Shown here in pieces: positions 29,208 to 38,566 of a stretch of DNA of 64,000 nucleotides (the first letter of the stretch is position 1; every line of letters begins with the position of its first letter). The stretch comes from Candidatus Marinacidobacterales bacterium (GTDB lineage: Bacteria; Acidobacteriota; Vicinamibacteria; Marinacidobacterales; DATDRI01). The position numbers and the translations under genes are program-made. Where the stretch lies: NCBI GenBank assembly GCA_965226495.1, contig OZ245365.1:4384001-4448000 (forward strand). The letters run 5' to 3'. The notes below the pieces were generated by a model, which was not told the DNA's origin, ran no database searches, and saw nothing but the letters and a program-made list of their open reading frames with translations.

Positions 29208-31130
29208 GTGAGCGACGCGATCGTTCTCGGCACCGATACCGACGCCGGGAAGACAACTTTTGCCCTCCTTTGGATGGTCGCCTTTCCGAAGGACTTTGCC
29301 TATTGGAAACCCGTAGAGACCGGCCCCTCCGACACCGAAACCATTCAACGACTCGCGCCTGAATCGCGAGTCCACCCTCCCCTCGCCCGCTTTCGCGACG
29401 CGGTGGCTCCCGAGGTCGCGGCGGAGCGCGAAGGACGTTCGGTACCCGAGGTCGGTGAAATCTTGGACGCCGTTCCCGAGGACACCCGTTCCCTGCTCAT
29501 CGAGACTTTTGGAAGTCCCCTCTCACCCCTTCGTCCGGACGTTTTGCAGATCGAGCTCATCCGCCGTTTCGAGAGGCCGAGTCTCCTGGTTGGCTCCACG
29601 GCCGTGGGTGCGGTAGGAAGAGCCCTCCAGTCGATCGAAACGCTGCGCGCGCACGGCATCGAACCCCGCGCACTAGTACTCATCGGCGCAATAGACACCT
29701 ACGCCGAATCCAAGATTCGCCAGCACGGCGGGCTCGATGTTTTCACGCTAGAGCCACCTACCGCGTTCGACGAAGAAGGCGTGCACCTATGTGCCGAGAA
29801 ACAAACGGATGTCCTACGCTCCTTACGCGCCAAGCTCGAGCCCGAGCCATCGATCGACAAAGACTGGGTAGCGCGCGATCGGCGCTCGGTATGGCATCCC
29901 TACACTTCTCTCAGAGATCCCGATGAGCCGTTGAACGTCGTCAACTCGCGCGATGAGTTCCTCATCCTGGAAGACGGCCGACAGATCATCGACGGTATTT
30001 CTTCGTGGTGGACCATTCAGCGCGCCCATCGCTACCCGCCGCTCATGAAGGCCCTCCGCGAAGCCGCACGTCGATACGATCATGTCGTTTTCGCGGGCGT
30101 CACCCATCCACCCGCTATCGAGCTGGCGGAACGGATGCTCGCCAGCATGCCCTGGTCGGAAGGCCGTGTCTTCTACTCGGATAACGGCAGTACTGCGGTC
30201 GAAGTTGCCCTCAAGATGGCTTATCAGTTTTGGTGTCATCGCGGCGAGCCGGGGCGGCGCTTGTTCGTCGGCTTCGAGGGCGGCTATCACGGCGATACGT
30301 TCGGCGCGATGGCGGTGAGTCGAGATCCTCTGTTCTTCGGTACCTTCGAGCCCTTGCTCTTCGAATCGCGGATCGTCCCCCTTTCACCGAAGAGCCTGGA
30401 TAGACTACTCGTGCGTGAAGGTAGTCGAGTCGCGGCCGTCATCATCGAGCCGCTGGTACAAGGGGCAGGCGGCATGCTCATGCACTCCCCCGAAACCCTG
30501 GCCGCGCTTGCGGACGTCGCGCGGAAGCACGGCGTGCTATTTATCGCCGATGAAGTCATGACCGGTGGTGGTCGCACCGGAACCCTTTGGGCTCACGAGA
30601 CTGCGGGTATCAGTCCTGATCTGGTCTGCGCGGGGAAGACTATCGCCGGGGGAATCCTTCCCATCGCCACAACCCTGGTCGCGCCTCACATCGTCGAGGC
30701 CTTCGACACCGAGGACAAGTCGCGCACCTTTTTTCACGGCCATTCCTTTACCGCCCATCCGCTTTCCTGTGCGGTAGGTGTTGCCAACTGGAGGCTCATG
30801 GAAAACGGCATCGGCGAAGAGCCGCGACAGATCGAGAGCTTTTGGCGAGAGCGCATCGAACCGATGCGTTCCCGTGAGGGCATCAAAGACGTTCGCATTC
30901 AAGGCACGATCGCCGCGGTCGAGCTCGACCTCCCGGGAGGCTATCTCGCCGACTCCGGCCGCCGCATGCGCCAAGTGTGCCTAGAGCACGGCGTTTGGCT
31001 CCGGCCCCTCGGGAACGTTCTCTATGCTCTACCACCATTTCGTACATCTCGAGCATCACTGGAGCAAATAGCCGACGCCATGGAAGCGGCACTCGAAAAC
31101 GTCCTTGCCCCCGGCAGGCATTCGGATTAA
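29208..31130 (+). CDS. bioA: Fused dethiobiotin synthetase (BioD) - DAPA aminotransferase (BioA)
   Basis: N-terminal GTDTDAGKT and WKPVETG (BioD). C-terminal VWHPYT, DGISSWW, SDNGSTAVEVALK, YHGDTFGAM, IADEVMTG, AGKT and HGHSFT (BioA). Confidence 0.92.
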   Translation: MSDAIVLGTDTDAGKTTFALLWMVAFPKDFAYWKPVETGPSDTETIQRLAPESRVHPPLARFRDAVAPEVAAEREGRSVPEVGEILDAVPEDTRSLLIETFGSPLSPLRPDVLQIELIRRFERPSLLVGSTAVGAVGRALQSIETLRAHGIEPRALVLIGAIDTYAESKIRQHGGLDVFTLEPPTAFDEEGVHLCAEKQTDVLRSLRAKLEPEPSIDKDWVARDRRSVWHPYTSLRDPDEPLNVVNSRDEFLILEDGRQIIDGISSWWTIQRAHRYPPLMKALREAARRYDHVVFAGVTHPPAIELAERMLASMPWSEGRVFYSDNGSTAVEVALKMAYQFWCHRGEPGRRLFVGFEGGYHGDTFGAMAVSRDPLFFGTFEPLLFESRIVPLSPKSLDRLLVREGSRVAAVIIEPLVQGAGGMLMHSPETLAALADVARKHGVLFIADEVMTGGGRTGTLWAHETAGISPDLVCAGKTIAGGILPIATTLVAPHIVEAFDTEDKSRTFFHGHSFTAHPLSCAVGVANWRLMENGIGEEPRQIESFWRERIEPMRSREGIKDVRIQGTIAAVELDLPGGYLADSGRRMRQVCLEHGVWLRPLGNVLYALPPFRTSRASLEQIADAMEAALENVLAPGRHSD

Positions 31131-31173
31131 GTTCAGGACCGGACAAAATGTCAGGCTGTCAGGAGGTTGTGCG

Positions 31174-32307
31174 ATGAGCAAGTCTACGGCATGGGTCGGT
31201 TTGGCGGGTTTATTGACGCTGGCAGGATGCAGTCAAGACAGCCATAAGGCCCCGGCGCCCGCCAATATCGAGGTCACGACCGTTCCTGCGACGGTTTACA
31301 CCGTCGTAGAAGGGGTACCCAAGACAAGCGGGGACACACCCGACACGCAGGACCTGAGTTGGCTTTTTCACTTGGTCTTCGAATCGCGCGAAACCGAGCC
31401 GCTAAGTTTCGACGAAGCGCACCTCTCCTTCAAGCGTGGCGAGAAAACCGTTTGGCACGAAGCCCTGCCGCGGGAATATCTCGAAGGCATGGAATGGATC
31501 GAAGGAGCCTATCAGCTCGATACACCGTACTTCCTCGACAACGTGATGTTCGGCAAGGAAGTGCCAACCGAGCCGGAGCTTCCCGCCGGCGAAAGCGTCA
31601 CTTGGATACGAATTCCCTTCGTCCGCGCGGCATACGCCGACATCGACAATATCCACCTCATGTTCCATCTGCGAGACGGCCAGGGAACGCTCAGAACCGT
31701 GGAACACTCGGTCCCGATCACGCGCCACGAGCAACAGGTCAAGCTGCGGCTTCCCTTCTCCGGAACCTGGGCGGTTCTCAAGGGAAACGACGTCAACTCG
31801 GGCCACCGACGAACCGGCTTTCGAAACCTCACGACGATGGGTTGGGATTTCGCCAAGGCAGACGGAGAGAGTTTCGGTGAATCCGTGCTGGCGGCGGGTG
31901 ACGGCGTCGTCGTCGACGCGCGGAACGATATCGAAGACTACGGTCGTGGTGTCACGCCGGCCCGGGAGCGCTTAGAGGAGGATGGGGATGTGTTCGCGGG
32001 AAACCTCGTCACCATCGATCACGGCAACGGTGAGTACACGCTAACCTGCCACTTGGCAACAGGAAGCGTGACGGTGGCCGTCGGCGACCGCGTGACGGCC
32101 GGACAAGTTATCGGAAAAGTTGGACAGGCAGGCCTCGTTCACTTCAACATGATGAACGACGGCGAATGGCTCGAGGCCCATGGAGTCCCATCGCTCTTCA
32201 GCGATTTCGAGCGTGTTCTTCCGGGCACCGCGCCTCAGCGTATCGAACGCGGCAACCCGAGGACGGGTTGGCTCGTGGCTCCCGTGGAGGGAGCTCCTAA
32301 CTCTTAG
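31174..32307 (+). CDS. M23 peptidase-like lipoprotein
   Basis: AGGAGG RBS, lipobox LAGC, LPFSGTW.V, WDF, VLAAGDG.VV, GN.V.IDHG and V.VGD.V..GQ.IG.VG. Confidence 0.8.
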   Translation: MSKSTAWVGLAGLLTLAGCSQDSHKAPAPANIEVTTVPATVYTVVEGVPKTSGDTPDTQDLSWLFHLVFESRETEPLSFDEAHLSFKRGEKTVWHEALPREYLEGMEWIEGAYQLDTPYFLDNVMFGKEVPTEPELPAGESVTWIRIPFVRAAYADIDNIHLMFHLRDGQGTLRTVEHSVPITRHEQQVKLRLPFSGTWAVLKGNDVNSGHRRTGFRNLTTMGWDFAKADGESFGESVLAAGDGVVVDARNDIEDYGRGVTPARERLEEDGDVFAGNLVTIDHGNGEYTLTCHLATGSVTVAVGDRVTAGQVIGKVGQAGLVHFNMMNDGEWLEAHGVPSLFSDFERVLPGTAPQRIERGNPRTGWLVAPVEGAPNS

Positions 32308-33023
32308 GCAAAGCGCTTCGAGTCTTCCGCCGCGTACTTGGCCACCTTGCTGTCCGCCGCGGACGTAATATCGAGAGCCTCGACGACGTCAGCCAGCTTG
32401 GACGCAGGGATGGCGCAGGTCACCTCACTCGGCGACATTCCAGTTCGTACCCGGCTCAACATGCATCCGACACTGGCAGCGATCTCGCCTTGCTCCTTGG
32501 CGATGGCGATGATGTGGCACTGCGGTTTCCCCTCGAATCGAAGTCCCGGAATGGCGTCATGAAGGATCATGAGTTGCGTGGCGTTGAGGCGCAACAGAAT
32601 CACGTCGGGATCGAACGGTGTTTCCTCGAGTGGTCCGTAGGTGATGTAGCGGTGCCGCGTCTTGACCACCGGGATCTGCGGCACGACGTCCATGCTGACC
32701 CATCCACTGTCGAGCAAAGCAGCCACATCGCTGTTTCCGGATACCTCATCCATCGTCTTGAGGCCATGTGTCAAGCTTCCGACGCTGCAATTGCCGTGGT
32801 CCTCGGCGACGGTGCTGAACGTACGGTCCGTGGCCTTCATCCAGAAAACGCAGCCGGCGGGAACCTTACCGGTCCGTCCATCCGGCATCGGGTCCGCCAT
32901 CGGTCCCTCGAATTGCGGAACCCCCTGCGACTCGTCGGAAAATGTGATGGCGATGGGAGCGGCTTGCAGCTTCAGTTTCGAGTTTAGCGCCGACGCGAGA
33001 TCGCGCCAGTTATCTCTGTTCAT
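32304..33023 (-). CDS. DUF169 family protein
   Basis: PIAI.F, AGCVFW, HGNCSVG, YGPL...PFDPDV, GKPQC and SVGC.LSR.RTG; start at MNRDNW after a GGAAGG RBS. Confidence 0.82.
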   Translation of the reverse strand: MNRDNWRDLASALNSKLKLQAAPIAITFSDESQGVPQFEGPMADPMPDGRTGKVPAGCVFWMKATDRTFSTVAEDHGNCSVGSLTHGLKTMDEVSGNSDVAALLDSGWVSMDVVPQIPVVKTRHRYITYGPLEETPFDPDVILLRLNATQLMILHDAIPGLRFEGKPQCHIIAIAKEQGEIAASVGCMLSRVRTGMSPSEVTCAIPASKLADVVEALDITSAADSKVAKYAAEDSKRFA

Positions 33024-33132
33024 GTGGATACTTTCCTTCCTGCGAGGTGTACGCATCGATGAACGCACCAGAGCACTATAGGCAAACCGCCCCCACGTGT
33101 GCAAGAATGCTCGCCCAGCGAGGAGGGAGAAA

Positions 33133-33536
33133 ATGGCACATAAACTTTATAGCGCGGTGGTCGACGATCTGCCGTGGGAGCCATGGAATCTCTATTTCAA
33201 GGGCGCACCGCCCAATCCCGAGGGCGGCGAGTACGGTGGCTGGTGCAAAGTCCTGAGGCGCGCCGAAGACGGGGACCCCGCTTGGACATTCTTGCTGAGG
33301 CTCGTCCCCCGGCCGGAAAGAAAGTTCGTTTCGCCGCCGTCTCTGGTAGTAACGAGGAGGGATATCTTCTAGCCGGCAGTGCCGTCGATTCGGAAGGCAA
33401 TCGTACCCAGCCGGGAAGCTACTTTTTTACAGGCAAAGGCACTCCCCACGCCGGCTTCCTGGACGAGGAGCATCTCGTCCTCGTGCACTACGACGGCGAA
33501 CCGGACATCATCAAGAAGTTTGAGATCACTGACTGA
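33133..33536 (+). pseudogene. Cupin-like (ChrR/DUF4437-type) gene interrupted by a 1-nt frameshift
   Basis: Frame A gives MAHKLY..DDLPWEP..KVLRR..TFLLRLVP and frame B continues PAGKK..EEGYLLAGS..PGSYFF..G.PH.G. The join is at a C5 run (33306-33310). Confidence 0.7.
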
Positions 33537-33566
33537 GAGGCCACAAAGAGGCCCGTACTCTGGTCC

Positions 33567-35237
33567 TTACTGCTCCTTCGATCGCACCGTCGGGTACTCG
33601 ACGCCTAGCTGCTCGAGATACGTGTCATATTTCGACGGGTCGTAGTAGTACTTGCGCATCTCCTCACGAAAATCGGCCATCCGCTCGGTGTTCAAGTGGA
33701 CGGCGGGCGAGTCCGACTCCCCTATGAAAGGCGTGTATTGCCTGTCGTTCGTCTGCACGTCATTGAAGTAGCTCCAGGAAGCTCGAACCTTCTCCGCATC
33801 GAGAAAGAAGTCCAGGGCGGTCAACGCCAGCACCTTGGCGCCAGCCGTCGAGCCTTTGTGCGCGATCGGCGTCGCCATCGCCACCGCGCTCGACCAGTGG
33901 TGCCCACCACCACCCGTCGCGAAGTTGGCCGGATAGCGAAGCGTCACGGTCGGTACCACCCAGGATACGTCGCCGATATCGTCCGAGCCGCCTCCAGTGC
34001 GAGGCTTGGGAGCCGGCCCACGGATCTCCGTGAGCTCGGTCCGGAGACCGGCAACACCAGACCAAGGACCGCGGTTTTCCTCCTCCGGGTCGAATCCCAT
34101 CTCCGCTTGTAGAGCCAGGGCCAGCGCCAGGTCCGCCTCGGTCCACTCCGGCAATCCGACCTCCACGATATTCTCGTACATCGTCTCGGCGATCACCTTG
34201 TTGAAGTGCCTCGGCCATGCAGACCCCAAAATTCGCGACTCGACTTCGGTCTCGGTCATCGCCGCGGCAGCCTGGCTGATCGTCTGGCCGATGTCGTAGA
34301 GGCGCTTGATATGGTCGTAGTCGAGCTCGCGGTAAAAGTACCAGACCGATGCCAGCGGAGGCACAACGTTCGGCTGATCGCCGCCGTTGGTGATGACGTA
34401 GTGGATGCGAGTGGGAAGGCGAAGATGTTCGCGACGAAAGTTCCACGCCGTGTTCATCAGCTCGACCGCATCGAGCGCGCTTCGTCCAAGCCAAGGAGCA
34501 CCGGCGCCGTGCGCCGCTTTGCCGGTAAAAGTGTGCTCCACCGAGACCAATCCGTTTCCGGCCGCGTCGCCCCAACTCACGTTGAGATTGTCACTGACGT
34601 GAGTGAAGAACACCATGTCCACATCACTGAACACACCCTCCCGCACGAGGTAGGCTTTGGTAGCGACCAGCTCTTCCGCGACTCCCGGCCACAGCATCAA
34701 GGTACCGGGGATGCTCTCTCGCTCCATGATCTCTTTGAGCACCAGCGCCGCCGTGACGTTGACCGCCTGGCCGGAGTTGTGCCCCTCGCCGTGGCCCGGG
34801 GCTCCTTCGACGATGGGAGAGTGGTATGCCACCCCCGGCTTCTGAGAGGCTTTGGGAATGCCGTCGATGTCGCTGCCGAACGCGATCACCGGTTTGCCCG
34901 AGCCCCAACGCGCCACCCAAGCGGTGGGAATACCGGCGACTCCTCGCTCAACGCTGAAACCGTTCTCCTCGAGGATCCCGGTCACGAAACGGGAGGTTTC
35001 GACTTCTTGAAAACCCAGCTCACCGAAACTAAAGATGCTGTCGACCATCACCTGGGTGAGCTTGGCCCGCTTCTCAACCTCGACGAAAGCCTCGGTCTTG
35101 AAACGGTCGAGCCGGTCGTCAAGCGCGCCAGGCGCGCCAGGCGCGGCTACCGCGGCGGACGCCGCGAGCACGGCTTGGCTCGCCCAGGCAATCCCCACCA
35201 ACATGATCCATCGCACGAACATCGGCCTTCCTTTCAT
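33567..35237 (-). CDS. Secreted M20 amidohydrolase (AbgB-like)
   Basis: ELGFQE, PGHGEGHN, GVAEE, AAH.AGAPW.GRSALDAVELM, GGDQPNVVP and GSDDIGDVSW. Confidence 0.9.
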   Translation of the reverse strand: MKGRPMFVRWIMLVGIAWASQAVLAASAAVAAPGAPGALDDRLDRFKTEAFVEVEKRAKLTQVMVDSIFSFGELGFQEVETSRFVTGILEENGFSVERGVAGIPTAWVARWGSGKPVIAFGSDIDGIPKASQKPGVAYHSPIVEGAPGHGEGHNSGQAVNVTAALVLKEIMERESIPGTLMLWPGVAEELVATKAYLVREGVFSDVDMVFFTHVSDNLNVSWGDAAGNGLVSVEHTFTGKAAHGAGAPWLGRSALDAVELMNTAWNFRREHLRLPTRIHYVITNGGDQPNVVPPLASVWYFYRELDYDHIKRLYDIGQTISQAAAAMTETEVESRILGSAWPRHFNKVIAETMYENIVEVGLPEWTEADLALALALQAEMGFDPEEENRGPWSGVAGLRTELTEIRGPAPKPRTGGGSDDIGDVSWVVPTVTLRYPANFATGGGGHHWSSAVAMATPIAHKGSTAGAKVLALTALDFFLDAEKVRASWSYFNDVQTNDRQYTPFIGESDSPAVHLNTERMADFREEMRKYYYDPSKYDTYLEQLGVEYPTVRSKEQ

Positions 35238-35251
35238 CTATTGGTAATCAG

Positions 35252-35968
35252 TCACGCCGCGGCCGGAGCTGGAGCCTTCCGCTTGCCCACCGCGAAGCCC
35301 GCCATCGCAAGAATGCTCAAGAAAACCGTGACCACGATGGAAACTCGGAAATGTCCGAGGACGTGCTGAGCCTGGGACAACTCGGCGGGCTGGAAGCCTT
35401 GGCCGGGAGCGTGGAAGTAATTGGTGCCCCCTAGGCCTTCCGTTACTTGGATGCCGTAGACAACTAACAACGTGAAACAAGCCGCCAGCAACAAGAAAGC
35501 GTTTCGCAAGTATCCCAGGGGCCGTGAGAGCAAGTAGCCGAGACTGGCAACACCCAGCGACATGACAACAGAGAAACACATCACGATGAGCTGCCCCACG
35601 ATGTGATCCCCGATTCCCATGCCGGCCGGCGCGTTTCCGGCCCCGGGGGCATGAAACCAACCGTGAATACCGGCGAAACCCTCGACCAGGATCGCTAGGA
35701 TGATGAAACCGTACATCGTCGCCGACAGCAAGAAGGCGATGGGGAGCAAATGGCGATAGCCGCTGAAGCCACTGGCCTTGGCCCGCTGACCGTAGATGAG
35801 CGCCGCGAGCGCCGTGACAATCGTCATGCTGACCAGATCAGTAGCTCGATCATAAGGCACGCCGGAGACCTCCACGATGAAGCGAAGGACTCCCATGGCG
35901 AGGATGGCGAGGAGACCGGTACGGACGAAGCTCAGGTAGTCACTAAGGCTCTTACCCAAGAGAGACAT
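35252..35968 (-). CDS. Hypothetical multi-pass membrane protein with an internal repeat
   Basis: Several TM segments; the motif G...[WY]FHAPG.G..P......H..G occurs twice; GAGG RBS before MSLLGK. Confidence 0.7.
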   Translation of the reverse strand: MSLLGKSLSDYLSFVRTGLLAILAMGVLRFIVEVSGVPYDRATDLVSMTIVTALAALIYGQRAKASGFSGYRHLLPIAFLLSATMYGFIILAILVEGFAGIHGWFHAPGAGNAPAGMGIGDHIVGQLIVMCFSVVMSLGVASLGYLLSRPLGYLRNAFLLLAACFTLLVVYGIQVTEGLGGTNYFHAPGQGFQPAELSQAQHVLGHFRVSIVVTVFLSILAMAGFAVGKRKAPAPAAA

Positions 35969-36084
35969 GAAACCTACCTCGTGAAAAGAAGGGCTTATAC
36001 CACCGTCGGCGCCAGAGTATACCCCGACCGTAACGTAGTAAAATATGAACTGGTATCGCACACGCGGAAAGGGATCTTCGAAGC

Positions 36085-36423
36085 ATGGCCAAGACAGTGG
36101 ATTGGTACTACCAGCGCAAGGGCTGAACGAGCTGTGGAAAGGCGTCCAAGTTCATGGACGCGAACGGAATCGACGCCAAGGAAGTGATCCCGGCCTCTAG
36201 CAAGCTTGGACGGCGAGAAGCCGCGGAGCTCATTAGCGCTGCATCGAAGGTGATCGTGGCCAAGGGGAAAAAGGTCTCGTCCTTTCCCGGTGGAGAAGTT
36301 ACCGAGGAAAAAGTGGCCGCGCTGTTGGGTCCCACGGGCAATCTGCGCGCGCCCACCATCCGAGTCGGCAAGACCTTGCTGGTCGGCTTCAACGAGTCTT
36401 CGTACGAAAAAGCGCTCTTGTAA
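36085..36423 (+). CDS. ArsC/Spx-like thioredoxin-fold selenoprotein (UGA = Sec at 36124-36126)
   Basis: ATG at 36085 gives MAKTVDWYYQRKG-U-TSC-GKASKF in frame with ORF 36154, which carries LLGPTGNLRAPT...LLVGF. This is a UxxC redox motif with a hairpin downstream. Confidence 0.88.
36142..36161 (+). promoter_or_regulatory. Candidate bacterial SECIS element
   Basis: GCGTCCA-AGTTCA-TGGACGC, a 7-bp stem starting 15 nt after the UGA, with G at the second loop position. Confidence 0.7.
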
Positions 36424-36430
36424 TGTGACC

Positions 36431-38566
36431 CTATCGCCGGGCATCCCCACGAATTTGTGATAGCGGACTCATCTCGGGACCACCCTCTACGAGATCAAGA
36501 ATCAGCGACCCGGAGGGCGCGCGCGTCACGACCGCGTCCGGCGGTACCACGATCGTTGTTGCGGGTGTTTCCACGATGACCGGCCCTTCAAGCGAGTCCC
36601 CGGCGGCGAGCGATTCGAGCCGATAGACAGGTGTCGGGTGAGAACGACCGGCGAAAAAAGCATCGCGTTTGGTCCTCGGCTCTGGCTGGACCTTGTTAAC
36701 TTCTACTTTCGCCTGCGTTAACTCGGGTAGTGGGCACCGCGCGCTCGCATGCCAGGCGACGAACTCGACCTTCGAGCGCTCGTCCCGATGCGCGAAGACA
36801 CGCTCGTGAGTAGCGTGGAAATCGCGTCTGAGGACCTCCACGTCCTCGTCCCCCGCGAATGACTCGACGCGCAGCGGCACCTCGATCTCCCAATGCTGAC
36901 GCGGGTAACGCGCTTCGACCGCGAAGCGGATCGATGCCCCTTCGGGCGGCACACCGGATTCTGTGATGAAGGTTTCGCTAAGCCGCCTAAGCTCGGCTAG
37001 CGTGGCGTTCACTCCGACGAAGTCGAACGCGTCGGTATCGGTGGCCAGGAAGGCCGATTTGTCGCTGCGGAGATCCGAGACCAACGCACCGGTGGCACTC
37101 AGCCCCGCCGCCGTCTCGGGTACGACAATGCGCCGGACGCCTAGTCGCCGCGCGATGGGGACCGAGTACAAGCCCGCCCCACCCCCTCCGCCGATCATGA
37201 TCGCTCGGCGGGGATCGACGCCTTGGTTAAGGGTGATCTCTTCGATTGCGGTCACCATGCGCTCGCATGCCAGTTCGAAGATCGCGCCGGCTGCCTCTTC
37301 GACTCCGAGCCCTGAAGGCTTGGCGACCCCACGTTCCACCGCGGCGGTAGCGAGGGCCGGATCGAGCACCATCTTCCCACCGAGGAAGTATTGGGGATCG
37401 ATGTAGCCGAGTAGGACCGCGCTGTCGGTTACCGTGGGCTCCCCACCACCGTGACCGTAGGAAGCGGGACCCGGCTCGGAGCCGGCGCTTTCGGGACCCA
37501 CGTGTAGTAGGCCACCGTCGTCGACCCATGCGATGGATCCGCCACCGGCGCCGATCGACCGAACGTCAAGCGACGGAAACCCGAGCATGAATCCCGGGAA
37601 CGGCCCCACAGTGGCCTCACGATTCCAGGGGATCTCTCCGCCGCGCAGAAGGCTTACGTCGAAGGTGGTGCCTCCCGCATCCATCACGATCGCAGTGTCG
37701 ACCGACGCGTCGAGTCGAGCATAATGCTGCCCCGCGCTCGGCGCAGCTGCTGGGCCCGAACCCACCGAGTGGATCGGCGCGCGCGCAGCCTGGTCGGCGT
37801 CGAGAACTCCGCCAGAGGACGTGAGGGTGAGTAGCCGACCGGCGAATCCTTCCTCCTTCAATGTCTGGCTAATACCCGCGAAGTAGCGCGACATCAGCGG
37901 CTTGAGGGACGCATCGATCGAGGTGGCAGACGCCCGTCGGTACTCTCGAATCGTGGGGTTTAGTTGATGCGACAACGTGTACGGGACGCCGGGAAGGATT
38001 TCCTCGATGAGATCGCCAAGCACAAGCTCATGGGCGGGGTTGACGATGGACCAGAGAAGACAAACCGCGACGGCCTCGACTTTGATCTCGCCCAGACGCG
38101 CGAGTGTGTCGCGGGCAGCCGATTCGTCGAGCGGATGGTGAACGGTGCCATCCCAACGCATCCGTTCCGGGATCTCGAACGTCAAGGCACGGGGTACATA
38201 CGGCTCCGGGAACGGCTGGGAGAAGTCGAGTGTGCGAAGGCGCCCGCCCCCCTCGCGCCACAGCAGCGTATCGGGATGCCCTTCCGTGCACAAGAAGGCG
38301 GTACGCGCCGTCGACGACGTGACGATCGCGTTCGTGGCGCGCGTCGTGCCGTGCACGATCTGCGTCGCCCGGCCGAGAAGTTCCCGCGTGGATAGACCGA
38401 GACTGTCCGCGGCGATCCCGATGGTGTCGAGAAGCCCTCGGGTCGGGTCATCCGGTGTCGTGGAGCTCTTGAACAAGCGCAGGCCGCCGGGGAGACCGTC
38501 CACGATGAGATCCGTGAACGTCCCTCCCACATCCGCTCCCAAACGGAGCCGCGCTAACTCGCTCAT
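36431..38566 (-). CDS. Hydantoinase A / oxoprolinase family subunit
   Basis: GADVGGTFTD, HGTTRATNA, SGPAAAP, DAGGTTFDV and IGAGGGS. Confidence 0.93.
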   Translation of the reverse strand: MSELARLRLGADVGGTFTDLIVDGLPGGLRLFKSSTTPDDPTRGLLDTIGIAADSLGLSTRELLGRATQIVHGTTRATNAIVTSSTARTAFLCTEGHPDTLLWREGGGRLRTLDFSQPFPEPYVPRALTFEIPERMRWDGTVHHPLDESAARDTLARLGEIKVEAVAVCLLWSIVNPAHELVLGDLIEEILPGVPYTLSHQLNPTIREYRRASATSIDASLKPLMSRYFAGISQTLKEEGFAGRLLTLTSSGGVLDADQAARAPIHSVGSGPAAAPSAGQHYARLDASVDTAIVMDAGGTTFDVSLLRGGEIPWNREATVGPFPGFMLGFPSLDVRSIGAGGGSIAWVDDGGLLHVGPESAGSEPGPASYGHGGGEPTVTDSAVLLGYIDPQYFLGGKMVLDPALATAAVERGVAKPSGLGVEEAAGAIFELACERMVTAIEEITLNQGVDPRRAIMIGGGGGAGLYSVPIARRLGVRRIVVPETAAGLSATGALVSDLRSDKSAFLATDTDAFDFVGVNATLAELRRLSETFITESGVPPEGASIRFAVEARYPRQHWEIEVPLRVESFAGDEDVEVLRRDFHATHERVFAHRDERSKVEFVAWHASARCPLPELTQAKVEVNKVQPEPRTKRDAFFAGRSHPTPVYRLESLAAGDSLEGPVIVETPATTIVVPPDAVVTRAPSGSLILDLVEGGPEMSPLSQIRGDARR

